Below are positions 1-14,248 of a DNA stretch of 64,000 bases, piece by piece. The number at the start of each line of letters is the position of its first letter. Within the stretch, counting starts at the first letter, position 1. The DNA is from Piromyces finnis finn (taxonomy: Eukaryota > Fungi > Neocallimastigomycota). Under the pieces are notes generated by a model, which saw only the letters and a list, made by a program, of their open reading frames with translations, was not told the DNA's origin and ran no database searches. The stretch lies in contig MCFH01000013.1 in the NCBI GenBank assembly GCA_002104945.1, positions 186,001 through 250,000 on the forward strand. Direction: 5' to 3'. The position numbers and the translations under genes are program-made.

Positions 1-2218
1 CAATTATGTAATTGGTTAGGATTAGTATTAAATTGAGTATTTGAATTAGTAACATTCTGAATATTTGATTTTTTACTTTTATTATTATTCTTAAATAGGG
101 GTATATTAAATAGTTTTTGAAATAATCCTGTATGCTTATCAGGTATTTCCTTAGGTATTGTATTAGTTATACTGATTGTATTTAACATTAAGTCATTTTT
201 TAATTGATTCATTTCTTTTTCTACTTCTTTTTCTATTTGTTTTTTAATTTCTTTTTCTCTTTTATGTTTTCTCATTTTATTATACATCCTTTTATCATAT
301 TTCTTTTTTTTATTATGGTTTTTACTATGAGATGGTAGGGATTTTAATTGTGTTTGTGAAAAGTGTCTATTCATAGGGGGTTTTTTCATACTATTTACTA
401 TATCTTTATTACTATGAGATTTATTGCAATCATTACTCTGAACATATTCATTATGATTATTATTTGATAATAATGAGATATTTAATGATGAAGAATCATA
501 AGATAAAGTATTCATTGGACTATCATTATTATTGATATCATTAATTAATGAAGAACTATTTACTTTTGAAGCAACTGTTTTATTATTAATTTGATATTTT
601 GATAGTTGATCATTTTTCTTATTCCTATTTGAAACAGCCTCTTCCAAATTTTTTAATTTATATTTCTTTTTTTTATTTAGTATAACATTATTATTATAAG
701 TATTAATAGATACTCTTGCATTTTCCAACTTTTTTTCTTTTTCACTTGATTCTATTGAAAAAGTTTTATGAGAATAAGGTTCATGTATTTCTGTTTGTTT
801 CTCTTCATATATATACTTTGAATTTATTTTATTTTTCCTTATAGTATTAACTGTATCTGAATGATTTTGTAAAATATCATCAGGATTACTGTTAGAATGA
901 CTAAATATAGCATTATTATTAAACTTATTTATATTATATAATATTTATTTATTAGTATTATTAATCAGACGTTAGTTTATAACAATATAATATAATAATA
1001 TATAATATACTTTTGATTTATCTGTCAAAGTATCACTTATTAATGATGAATAATCATCAGTTGAATTATCCAAATTGATATTCATAATGGGTGATCCTTT
1101 TGATGTTTCCTTATTTTTGTATTTATTACCTTAAATTTTAAATTAATAAATTAATAAATGAATATAAAATTCGAGGTTTTTTTCTCATCACTTTTAATAT
1201 TTCATGTAATATAAATACAATAAATATTATAAATATAATACCATACCATAATAATTTTTTATTTTTTTATAAACATCGGAGTTTAGCAAATCTTTACAAT
1301 AAAGATGGAAAGAAATCATATATAATGAAATTTGGAGGGGGGAATAAGTAAAATCAAATATTTTATATTATTATTTGTTATATTAATTATTAATAATTAT
1401 ACCACTTGTTTGAGCTGATAATAAATGATTTTTTCTCTTTTTGTTTTTTAATTGTATTTTTTATTTGGAAAATATATAATTATAATTAAATTGATTATAT
1501 TTAATCTTTTATTAATAATATTTTATTTAAACAATAAATATGATAAATGATGATGCTTACTCTTTCTAATAACATATAATTAATATACTTTTATATATTT
1601 CAAAAAAAAAAAAAAAAAAAAAAGTTAACAAGGATTTTATAATCAGAAATTATTATATTATAATAATTACATTAATTTTATTTGAATGATTATCCATTAC
1701 TGAAAAGTTGTTATTATTGCTATCTTCTGTTATTTCTTCGTTATCATTTAGTAAAACAGTTTCTGTTTTTCCAAAATCAGAAACGTTTGAAAGTTTTTGA
1801 TTATTTAAGCTTTGTTGCTTTTTATTTCTTTTAATATCCAAACAAAATTGTTGAATTTCATGCATTGCTTGTTGTTGATAATTAATTTCATTATTTTTAT
1901 GTTTATTATTTTTATTTAAATGTAATGGATATGCTGGATAATTTGAATTTGATTTAAAAACTTTTTTCTTATTATTTGATATATTTTTATGCTTTGAATA
2001 ATGAACATTTGCATTCTTATTTTCATTATTTATTACATATTCATTTCGATTTGTATTATATGACTGAAGCTGGTCTGTTAATAAAAAGATATCCTTTTTA
2101 TATATTTAATATATATATATATATATATTGTTAATCACAATTTATTCTAAAAATATATTAAAATGTATATATTTTTTTTCACCTGAAGAAATCCATTTTG
2201 ATTATTTGAACTCTCCAT
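1..2218 (-). CDS. Hypothetical Asn/Lys/Ser-rich low-complexity protein, spliced, runs off the window start (3'-partial)
   Basis: Candidate ATG at 2218 (MESSNNQNGFLQ, GT donor), then in-frame exons ~1671-2095 (includes track ORF 1653..1865), ~1402-1436 and a long open exon from ~1129 toward position 1. GT-AG phases are compatible. No family recognised. Confidence 0.6.
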
Positions 2219-2811
2219 ATTGTTTTATTCCTTTACAGTTTAATAAAAAATTAATTTTCTTAATATATCGGTTTCTAAAAAATACATATTTGAAAAAAGT
2301 TTTTTTTTATAAATATTTTTTTTTACCTAAAAACTCTTGTATATATGAGGTTTAAATATTTATATGCATATATTCAGTAGCATTCATATCTCTAAAATAT
2401 TATAAATACTATGTGAATAAAATATTACAATGTTTATAATATCAATTATTGCTATATCTTTAATTAATTTTTATATTTTCCAAAGCATTTTAATTTATCC
2501 CTGTTACATTAAAAAATATTTATTAATTAAGAACTTGATTATTAATTAAACTTTAAAAAGTAAAATTACAATCTTTGAAAATGAAAACTCTCAAAATAAA
2601 AACTAAATACCACAAAATAATATGGTAAAAGAAAAGAAAAAACAATAATGACTTAATAAGATAAATTATTTTTATTTATTTATGAAATTAATGTGATAAA
2701 ATCAATAAATATAATTTATAATTATACAAAAAGGTATTTATTTGTTTTTTTTTATCGTATTAAACATATTCAAAAATAATAATAAAGTTCATTATGATTA
2801 AATATCAATAT

Positions 2812-3557
2812 CTACATTCTTATCTGATTTAATGATGTTTTATAAAATATTGGGAAATAATTTTTAAATTTATGAATATCTCGTCTTAAAATTTGTCTAA
2901 CTACTTCTGAACATTTATAAGACTCTTCTTCTATGATGGAAGGTGTTCTTAAATTTGATGGTATATTCGGTTGTGATTTTTTTAGTAATTCCCACACTTT
3001 TACTAAGATACAACAGATATCTTTTCCTTGGATTTCACTAAAAAGCATTCCTGCTAAACCTAATGGAGCAGGTACCCATTGAGACTAATATTCATAATAA
3101 TTATTTACAAAAAAAAAAAAAGGTATATATTATTTATATAAATACATTTATGTTAATTTTCGTATATATTAATATATTTAAAAATATATATATATAATTA
3201 GGTTTAAAGTAATAAATATTTAAAGCAATTAATATAATTCTTTTATCAAAGTAAATAAAATACAAACATTTCTTAAAATATTCATTAATTTTTTTGTATT
3301 ATTTAATTCTTCTGGAAAATCATTAGGTTTTTGTCTTATTGGACTATTCCAAAACCATATCGCCGAAGCTAAAAGACTTCTGACAATATCATATATATAA
3401 GTATTAATAGTTGAATCTTTGCATATTATTTCCAATATATTCCAAATAAATGGATTTTTATTAACTGTACGATTTAATTGAATATCCCTTAAATTATTAA
3501 ATAAAATAAGCATTATTTTAATTAGTATTAAATAATAGCCAAATAATTTATGAATTA

Positions 3558-3656
<99 letters not shown>

Positions 3657-6600
3657 TATTATTATTATTATTATTATTAACCTATCAAAGAATAAAGAAG
3701 CTTTTGGTATATTATCATCATATTGTTGGACAGATGGTGGAATAAAAGCCAAGGACTTAACAAATTGTTTAGTGAAAAATGCTGTATTTCTGTTTTTACG
3801 ATCTTTTTTTTTTTTATTATTAAATAAAATAGAAGTTTAGTTTTTATTAATTATTAAAATAAAATTTACTAAATTATAAATACAAGTTTTTTTTTTTTTA
3901 TTATTATTATTATTATAATTTATATTCACCACTAATATTCGATGATAATTTGAAAAATAATGTTATCAGGGAACAAACATCAAACTTATTCCATTTTACA
4001 CTTTCTTTAATTGAATGTTTAATCCTAATCATTTAATTAATGAATTAATGAATATATAGGCAAGTATATAATTAAAGAATAAAAAAGTTAGCTTAATGAA
4101 TAGCATATCAATATAAAACAAATATATATTTATCATTATATAATATTTCTTTTTACATATTATTCAAATTTTCTGCTTCTCCATTATTTTTTTCAGATTT
4201 AATACTGTACAAATTATCCTCATTATTGTTAATTTTTTTATTTAATCCTATCATCAATAATGGATCTCCTGATCTTTTTTTCAAATCAGTAGGAAACACA
4301 GAAGTTCTATTACTTTCTGTTAAATTTGATGGAGCTAATATACGTTTTTTGGTATCATTATTTTTATTTAAAATACTTTCTTTTTGAGCTTTTAATTGTT
4401 CACACATAAGAAGATTAGCTTCAAATAATGAATATCCATAAGTTTCCTTTTTTTTAACTTTTTTATTATCATCAACCTCATCTAAATATACTTTTATTTT
4501 TTGAATATTTAAAGCCTCGTTTAAAGGATTAATATCAACATTACAAAAAATTTCTTGAAACAATAAATCCAACGTTGGTCCAATATAATTTGAATTCTCT
4601 AATAATCGTATTACTTGAAATATACAAATAAAATATGTATATAGTAATTTATAGTATTTAATATTTAAATATTAATATTAGGTGATATAGTGATAGGTTA
4701 ATAAAGAGCTTCATCTAAATTTTATACTTACAACAATTAGTTATGGAAGAAAACATCTGAATTAATTCATTGTTAGTAATAGTTAATTTAGGTTTAATTC
4801 CAGATGTACTTGGTAAATTATAAATAATTCTTTTACGAAGATAATTAAAGTAATTAGTAATTAATGTAGAACATATCTGGAATTTTTCACAAGGTAAAAC
4901 ATTATTTGGAAGACACTTTGATAACAACTTATAGGATTGAATAGCAATTTCAACATTATTATGATTAATATATTGGTATATTTGTTTCCATTGATTTGAA
5001 TTTGAGAAAATATTTTTACTATTTTCGGGGTGATCCTTTGGTAAATAGTCGTTAACTTCTAGTAATAAATTAAATCGTTGAAATAATGATTTAATTTCAT
5101 CATCTACCATATTCGGAAGTTCTTCAAAAATATCCTTTATACAATTACTTGATAAAGAAAACATTCAATTATGTTAGTATATCTAATATGAAAATAGAAC
5201 TATAAAAAATATGTAATGAAAATATGTGTAAATACCTTAAAACATTTGGACATTTCAATTCAAATGCAATTTTTAATTTCCAAATAATTTTTATATATGA
5301 TAAATAATTAGTATCTGATTCAGATTCTAATTCTTCACCTTCCTCTAATATATTGGAAGAATCTAATTGTGGTGACTCATAAGATAAATATTTTATGGCA
5401 TGTGATAGAATTTCAATTGAAGATAACTTTCCAAAATTAGTTCCACAAAGCTCCAGCATTCTTAAGATAATTTCAATATTCGAGTTTTCTGAAAAAGATT
5501 CATTAACACGTTTTACTAATAATTCTGATAAATCTTTAACATGAGATCTAAATGAACTCATTATACTATTTGAATTATTTTGTAATATAATGGAATTATG
5601 AATCTTTTTTTTTTTTTTTCATGGCATTATTTAATTATATAAAGATTTTTAATAAGTTAATAACTAGTTTGGAAAATAAAATATTTCGATCTTTTTGAGA
5701 AAATACATATATTCAGATATTATATTAAAATAATTCTTACAGTGTTTAAAAGTAAAATTAATAATTCATTAAGTTTCCTTTGAATAGATATTTTAATTTG
5801 ATAAAAATCTCTTTCATTGATCATAAATTCATTAGTTAAAGATATAGAAGCATTATATAAGTCTTCAAAACAAGTGAACCATAAATACATGTATTTATTT
5901 ATTGGGAAATTAATCGAATCATTATTAAAAATTTTTAATAATATAATTTCAATTACGTTAACAAATGGATCTATAGCTCTTAATAGTTTTTACAACAATT
6001 AAACAATTAATATATATATATATTTAAATTAATTATTGCATTATTATATACAGTTTTTTTTTTTATTTTCTAATTTATCTATTTATTTATTTCATTCTAT
6101 TCCATTTTATTTAAAAATTTATTTATATATAATTAAAAATAAAATTAAAATTAAAATATTAATAATTCATTACCCATTTGATGATATTATTTTTGAAAAT
6201 TTATTTAACTTCTCATATACTATCATTTTTACAATAGTACTACCTTTAAATTTACTGAACACTTTTTCTAATACACCTATCCATAAAATGATTAATATTA
6301 TTAATAAATTATTAATAAATTAATGGTATTGTTTTTATTATTTTTATCAGTATTATTATTATATTCTTACCTTCAATTAACTGAGGGGTACTCACTAAAA
6401 ATGTGAATAAATAAGAGAGAATATATCGTTTCCAATCTACATAATTTATTAATAATAAAATAAGTATACAAAATATAATAACGCCTATATCTTTCTTTTG
6501 TTTATTTATTTATTTATATATTTATATATTTTTATTTCTTACCTATCATTTGAGTTGTACTTAATTCATTATTATATATTTCAACTAAATCAACGAAAGA

Positions 6601-7976
6601 ATCTATTACTTGAGTAGAACATTTATTATTACAGTAATCGACCAAAGATTTTACAAATGTAAAAACTTTGTCATTTCCTGATTGAGAAAATATGACATTA
6701 CTATGAAACATTTAGTAATTATTTAATACCAATTTAATATTATTATATATAAAATTGATATGATAATACTAACCTTAAAACAATAAAGCCAGAATTTTGA
6801 CAAGATAAAATAGCATAACTATGAATTTTTGATAAAAGGTTTTCAGGGTGTTTTCTAACAACATAATAAACAACCCACTGAATTGAGTTCTTTGAATTAT
6901 TTCCATGATCAAACATATACTTTATTAAATATATTATTATACAATGATGATAATATATATATAATAATATAATAATATAGTAATTAATATAATAATAATG
7001 ATAAATAGAATAGAATAGAATAATAATTTTAATAAAATTATTATTTAACAATTATAATCATATTAATAAATTATTATTTACTGTAAAAAAGAAATCCATT
7101 ATCATATTTGTATATCCAGGCCTAAGATATATAAATATTGTTACATAATGTATTTTAGTTATTAAATAATAATATTTCTAGTTTTACTCGTCTTTTTTCT
7201 TTTTTATATTTATTATATAAAAATAAAGCATAATACCCTTGTTCATCCAGTTCAGTTATTAAGCATTCAGCAACTAATGATACTAAAGGATTTACTAATG
7301 GATATTTTATATTTCTTGATATTAATATAGATATATCATTGTTACTGTTAGAACCTTTAAGAATTTATTTATAAAAATTATAACAATAAAAAATACAGAT
7401 TAAAGAATTGAAATATATTGATTTATTATATACATATTAAATAGCTAATTAATTAATATATATACCAGTTATTCTTTTTATACAATTTAATGACCACTAT
7501 AAATTATATCCAAAAAATATTATATAAAAAAGAACAATTAATAAAATAATGAATGCTATACTTTTTTTTTTTTTAGTAGCAATAATAAAATGACAATTTC
7601 AATTTAAAATAAATATATATGCATAATAACCATAAATCTAAAAAACATTATTTACCGATATTAAACATTTTGTCCAGCAATATCCATTTTCAATTCCTAT
7701 TAATTCTTTTAATGAAATAATATTATTTCCAAGAATTGTTTGTTTGTCTAATTTATTATTACTTATACTACTAGATGATTCACTGTAAGAATCATTTATA
7801 TATGATTTGTTGTTCTTTCCATAATTATTGTTTACTGAACCGTTTGACTTCATAAATGATAATGCTTGTTTCACAACATAATCTTCAAGCTGTTTAAATT
7901 GGTTATTTCTTTCTTTTTGATTTTGAATTTTTTTCAAAACAATTATAAAATTTTTGAAATCTATTTCTGAAGACAT
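2812..7976 (-). CDS. INTS5: Integrator complex subunit 5-like protein, multi-exon
   Basis: Joined exons give ENGYCWTKCLIS|WSLNCIKRIT and IQWVVYYVVRKHPENLLSKIHSY near the N-terminus, resembling INTS5 [20 protein letters not shown] and [22 protein letters not shown]. The C-terminus QWVPAPLGLAGMLFSEIQGKDICCILVKVWELLKKSQP...VVRQILRRDIHKF resembles INTS5_C ([37 protein letters not shown]...LHSVLHRNIDRL). Track ORFs 7638-7976, 6743-7051, 5169-5561, 4715-5164, 4153-4572, 3229-3513 and 2812-3048 contain exons of it. Confidence 0.7.
3556..3679. repeat. (ATT)n microsatellite inside an INTS5 intron
   Basis: About 40 ATT units seen directly; source of the poly-Ile ORFs in the track. Confidence 0.95.
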
Positions 7977-8967
7977 TTTTATTATTCGATTACAAAATTA
8001 CTCTACTAAGCATTAAATAGTAAATGTTTTAATATATATATGTGATAATATATTTTAATTTTTTGTAATGATGATTGAAATTTCTAATTGAAATTTAAAT
8101 CTTAATTCCGTATTATTATTAAGAATTATTTAAGAAAATATATATAATATTATATTATATTATATTATTAAAAAAATAGGATTAAGAATAAATTTTCTAA
8201 TAGAATAATTGATAAATAGCAAATGTACAAAAATAGTAGACTTTAGTAACAATTAGGTTGAGTTTTAAAATTCTATTATTAATAAAGGATAATACATTTA
8301 TTAAATATATTAAAGTAATTAAACTTAAAAAATATCATAATGAATTAATGAATTGAGTATAATAAAAAAGAAAAGGATAAAAATTAGGAATAGGAATCAA
8401 TCTCTTTTTTTTCAATTTAATTTAATTTAATTATTTAATTTAAACTATAACATATTTTTTGGTAATTTGATTTTTTATTTTAAATATTTATCTTTACAAG
8501 CAAGATATTTAACATTTTTGATTATTATTGTACTACATAAATAATAATTCATTAAAATTTCAATTTTTACCTAAAACAAACCAAAACAAGAAAAAAATTA
8601 AAACTAAAAAAAAAAAAAAACAATACGATACAACCAGTAATAATATAATTAAAGAAAAAAAAAAACTATTAAAATAATTATTATATTTTTATTTTTTAAT
8701 AGCTTTATTTTATTTTTATTTTATTATTTTTAATCTGTAATTATAATTTTAAATTATTATTAGTATTATTATGATTTATTATGCTTATAATGCTTATATA
8801 GATTATTATTATTTTTTATATATATTATATTTTTTATTTTTTATATTACTTTATTTGTTTTATTTTTTTTTTTTTTTATTTTTTAATATTTAGTTTTTAT
8901 ACTATTTACTTTAGCGACAATTTTGGCTATTTATTATTTATATAAGTATTTAAAGTATCTAATTCAA

Positions 8968-10485
8968 TTAAAACCATTTGTATCTGATATATAATATAAT
9001 GACGATAAATAAGAATACAGCAACTAAAGGTCCATATTTTTGATATATAGCCATCCAATTTAACTTTTTAGCATCTTTATAATATTTCTTAGATTCGGAA
9101 GATAAAGTACTAGATAAAGTACTCATTCCTATGAATTAATATATATATAATTAATATTTAATGAAATTTTTTATTTATTGTTTTTCAACCATTATATATA
9201 TTGATGCCTACTGTCTAAATGTTCTCCTCTGCCTAAAACATCTTGAATATTCTTTGTCATAATTCTAGTAACGTCCTGTAGATCTTCATTTAGTTTATTT
9301 ATATTTCTTTGTGCTCTTGTGTCCTTATATTGCTTTTTAGTCTTTTGAATAAAAGTATCTATTTTTTTTTATTTAATTAAAATATTAATTTTAACATTTT
9401 TGAATTAAAAGCATGTAATAAAAGTTATTCTTACCAAACTTTACAAATGCGTATGGTCTAGCAACAGTACCAACTTCAGTTCCATATTTGGATTGAAATT
9501 CGGCTTGTAATTCTTCTAAGAAACTGAAAGCCAACTTTTTTGGATAGCTTCTTTCACATAAACATAAATAACAGATACCACATTCAATTAAATAGCTTTC
9601 AAAATTTTAAATATTGAAAATATTGAAAATAATAATAATATTTAATATCAAAAAAAATAATTTATATATTCAATTTAATCTAATTATAATATAAAGTATA
9701 GAATTATAGAATAAAATAATAAATTAATAAATACTGGAAGAAATATGATCCTGATTCAATTGAACATCTTTGTTCAGTACCAGCTTTTGATAATTTCTTA
9801 AAAATAGATTTTGCTTGATTCTTGTATTCAGTTAAATCTTCAGACTTGATAATAGATAATTTTAAAATTATAAAAGTGTTTTTATTAATTTATTATCTTA
9901 TATAAATCTATTTACTTATTCAAATTTTGATATATTAAATTTTTTATATTTATTTTATTTCTTTAAAATTCTATATATAAATAATAATTATTGATAACTT
10001 TTTTTTCAAATTTATTATCCTTTCATACTTTTAATATTGTGATAATTAATAGATAATAACAAAATATTAATAAAGCTATTATTATTGCTAAATATGATTA
10101 ATTAAAAATAAAGTTATTCAATAGCTATTATTATTATTAACTAAATATTTGTCATTCATTTTAAGTATATAAGTATATTTTTACATTATTAATCATTGTT
10201 ACAATTTATTTGGTAAACTATAATTTAAAATAATTCATTATTATTATAAAGATAAATTAGTCTGTATTATTGAACCTTTAATGTTTTTTGTTTTGTTTTC
10301 CGTCGGTTGTTGTTTTCTATTCTGTTTTTGCTTTTATTTTTCTTTTTTTTTTTCATTTCTATTTTTTTTTATTTTTACTTTTATAGTTGTTTGTTTATAT
10401 ATTCTATCTTTACCTCTTCATCATCCATAGAAGCAGCTAAAGGTAAACCATCGGCTACTCTTGAAATTATAACTGTCTTAACCAT
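8968..10485 (-). CDS. SEC22: Longin R-SNARE Sec22, multi-exon
   Basis: Exon 1 MVKTVIISRVADGLPLAASMDDEE. Later exons give CLCERSYPKKLAFSFLEELQAEF...ARPYAFVKF, DTFIQKTKKQYKDTRAQRNINKLNEDLQDVTRIMTKNIQDVLGRGEHLD and a C-terminal TM segment YGPLVAVFLFIVIIIYIRYKWF*. Confidence 0.95.
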
Positions 10486-13400
10486 TATTGTCTAAATTTA
10501 AATTTCTATTTATTTAATGTATTAAATTTTCGGGTTTTTTTTATATAGTTAATAAATAAATAAACATTTAGATATGTATTATGCATTTATAAATAAATTA
10601 AATTAATTATTAATATTTTATTAATTTCATTAAAAAGAAAAAATTATACTTTTTTCTTTATATGTTTATTATATATTTTGATTAAAAATAAATATCTATC
10701 TATTAATAATACATTAAAAAAAAACAAACCTTTTTTCTTAATATTAAAAGTGTAATACTTTGGTAAATTAATAGATTATTATAAAAAAAAATAAATAAAA
10801 TAAGATATTTTTCTTCTATTTCTTTTTTTATATATTTTTAATATAATTTAAATAGCAATAGAATAATTCTTTATTCTTCTTAATATTATTATAATTGTTT
10901 TTTTTTTCTTTTTCCTTTATTTTTATTTTATTTTTTAAAAAAATTTTTATTAATTTTTTTAATTCCTATAAATTATATATTAACTATATTAATATAAAAA
11001 ATTTGTTTTATATATAAATTTTAATGTAATAAAAAATATTTATAAATTTTAAAAATATATATTAATATTACATAGATACACTTATTCAATGATCTATGGC
11101 TTTAATAATTAATTAATTAATTATATATATATTTATTATAAAAAATATTTATGTATATTATTATTTATGGCGTATTATAATTAATGTATGTAATTTATAT
11201 GATAATTAATGAATTGTATCAAGAAAGAAGGCAATAAATTTATGGCTATTCATTTCAAAAGCTTTTTTAAAATGACTTTGTTATTAACATCATTATTAAT
11301 AACAAAAGCAAAAACTACAAATTATAAAATAAAATATTAATATAAAAAAATACTTGCAGTATATAAAAAGTAAAATAAAAATATATATTATTATATTATA
11401 TAGAAAAGTATTATAACTTTTAAATAAATAATAATAATTTTATAGTTTTATTATTATTTAAAATGTATATTAATATTAATTAAATTGGTAGATAAAAATA
11501 AATATATATATTCAATCTTACTTTTTTTTTTTACTTGTGATTTAAACATTATAAAAAAATGAAAAAAAAAAAGACTTTGTTAACAATATTAATATTTAAT
11601 AATTGCATATATTAATGTTTCTTTTATTAGTTCTTAATAATAAAACTTTAACTATTTTTAATAACATAGCATATTGTTTTTTTTTTTTTTACAAAAAATT
11701 ATTCGAACTGTTGATATAAATGGAGAGTCCACCAATTAATTATGAAAAAATTAATTTATTTTCATTAACATCTAACTCTTATTTCTTTTAAATATAGCAG
11801 ATATTGTTATTTGTATTATACTATTATTTCAAAAATTATAAATATTAATATTTATCTTTTTAATAATATCAACGTTTTTTTTTTTTAATATAATAATAAT
11901 AATAATAATTTTATTTAATTCATCTAAAAATCATAATTATAATTATAATACTTATTTATATACTTTATTCTAACTAGAAATAATAATATATAAATAGATA
12001 TAATAACACTTTTTTTAATTTTCCTTATTTTCATATTCTTAAAATAATAATATATGTAAAAAAAAGTTATGCAATTGAAAAATATTCAAATGATTCCACA
12101 CCAAGTTACTTCATAAACATTTTTCAATCAATAGGTTTTCAATTAAATATCTAATTTTTTATCATATAAATACCATTCAATACTAACAAAACATAGACAA
12201 TAATTTTTAAATTATTATAGACATTTTAAAAGATTGAATTGTTTCATATAAAGTTTAAGTTAAAAATATTAGTAATACGAAGTAGATATATTTTTAATTG
12301 TGGTAATATCTTTCTTGCGGGTTAGGTTTACAACAATTAAAAATTATGATTTAATGTATAATATATAATAATTCCTTATCGTTTCATTTATTTATATTAT
12401 ATAAGATGTAATATAAATAATAATAATAATAACTTAATATTAGTACTTTTTTTAATCATTTATATATAAAAGCAAAGATTAATGAATCTTTTTAATCTTT
12501 GTTCTTTATTGCTTTATTGTTACATATTCCTTTTAAACTTATTTTTGTTTTCCATAGAGGTTACATACAAAATTTTTATTGATATTTTTTTTAACCAATA
12601 ATTTATTACTATATATTATATTAAACTGTAATATATATATTTAATAAATATTAAAATAAAATGTTAAAAAAATACAATAATGGCTAGTTTGTTATTAGGT
12701 AAATTAAATATTTTGATTTTAATATTATCATATAATATATTTAATATATCATTTTCAATATATTTATCATTTAATAATCCAATAATCTTTATTTATTTCA
12801 ATAATATATATATTAACATATACTATTAATATATATTTAAATTGAATAGATATAATTATATGTTATAAAAAAAAAGTTAATGAATAATTTAATAAGTAAA
12901 ATTTAATAAAGAAATAAATAAATGAATGAATAAATAAATAAACAAACAGATAAATAAAAATTGAAAGGATTAGAATTATATTCTGATAATGTTTAAATTA
13001 TTGATTATTATTATTATTTTAATATAATTATTTATATATATTATTTACATGTTTTTTTTTTTTTTTTTTTTTTTTTCTTTGCAATACTTTTTTTAAAAAA
13101 TATACTTTATTATTATTAAATAATAATAATAATAATATTTGTTTTTCATTAAATGGTTTTATAGTATTTTTTTTTTCTAAAAGTAATTAAAGCACATTAA
13201 TAAAGTATATTTATAATTTTAAATAAAATAATAACATTTGTAATTTACATAGGTATTAAAAAGAGAAAAAAAACAAACAAACAAATTTTAATATAACTTC
13301 AATCAAATACTTTCATTTATAAAACTTTGATTTCCTCAAAATATTCAAAAGTTATATGATAATACATTATAGTTTCAATATAAAAAATAATAGAATCAAT

Positions 13401-14248
13401 AAGCATTTTCTTATTTAAATGTGATTTTTTTTTTTTAAGTAATCAAAAATAATTAATCATTTATTATAATTAACAATATATAAATTTTTAATTATAATCA
13501 TAAAATATACATCTTCAATAAATATGTATAAAAACATGCATTTTAATAAAATAGAAAAAAGAAAATTTGAAAGAAGAGATGAGTAATAAACATCATATAT
13601 GAAAAATCAAGGATTAAAATATATATTAAAATTATAATTATCAATTATTTATTTTTTTGTTTTTATTTTATTAGAATTAATAAACTATTAAAATAATCAA
13701 GTATAATTAAAGTATTTAATCCTTATTTCAATACTTTATCAAAGTAATTTTTATGAAATAGATATCATATGATTGTTAAAATAAAATTAAAGTAGTCAAT
13801 CAATTAAAAACAATTAAAAATGAATTAGCAATTTAATTAACAAACAAATAAAAAATGTTACTTAAATGAAATTATCAATAAATTATTAAAACACTATATA
13901 TCTTTATAATTTATATTGTTATACATTATTTTTAATATAAATTGCATCAAAAATAATGAGGAAAAATAATTTAATGCATTTATTATATATACTAGATACT
14001 TTTATTTAGTATAAATTTTGTAATAATATGGTATAATTAGAATCAAATCAAAATAAATTAAAAAATATTTATTTATTTTTTAGTATTTTTTTTACAATAT
14101 AACTGAAAAAAAATAGAAAAGTTATTCAAAATATAATATGAGAATTAGAAAATGGAAATAAAAGATATTAATAAATATTTTAATAATAATGTCTAAATAA
14201 TGGTAAATTCTAATATTTTTAATTAGTATATATAATTAATTTAACAGA

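Noticed and set aside
3550-3840. ORFs 3550..3840 (+) and the poly-Ile tail of 3555..3752 (-)
   Set aside because: Translation of an intronic (ATT)n microsatellite; only the AFIPPSVQQYDDNIPKASLFFDR part is a real INTS5 exon.
10486-14248. 3.8-kb divergent intergenic region between SEC22 and SAPS, searched for hidden genes and ncRNA
   Set aside because: Almost entirely A/T homopolymer and short-repeat sequence; no credible exon chain, tRNA cloverleaf or snoRNA box pair.
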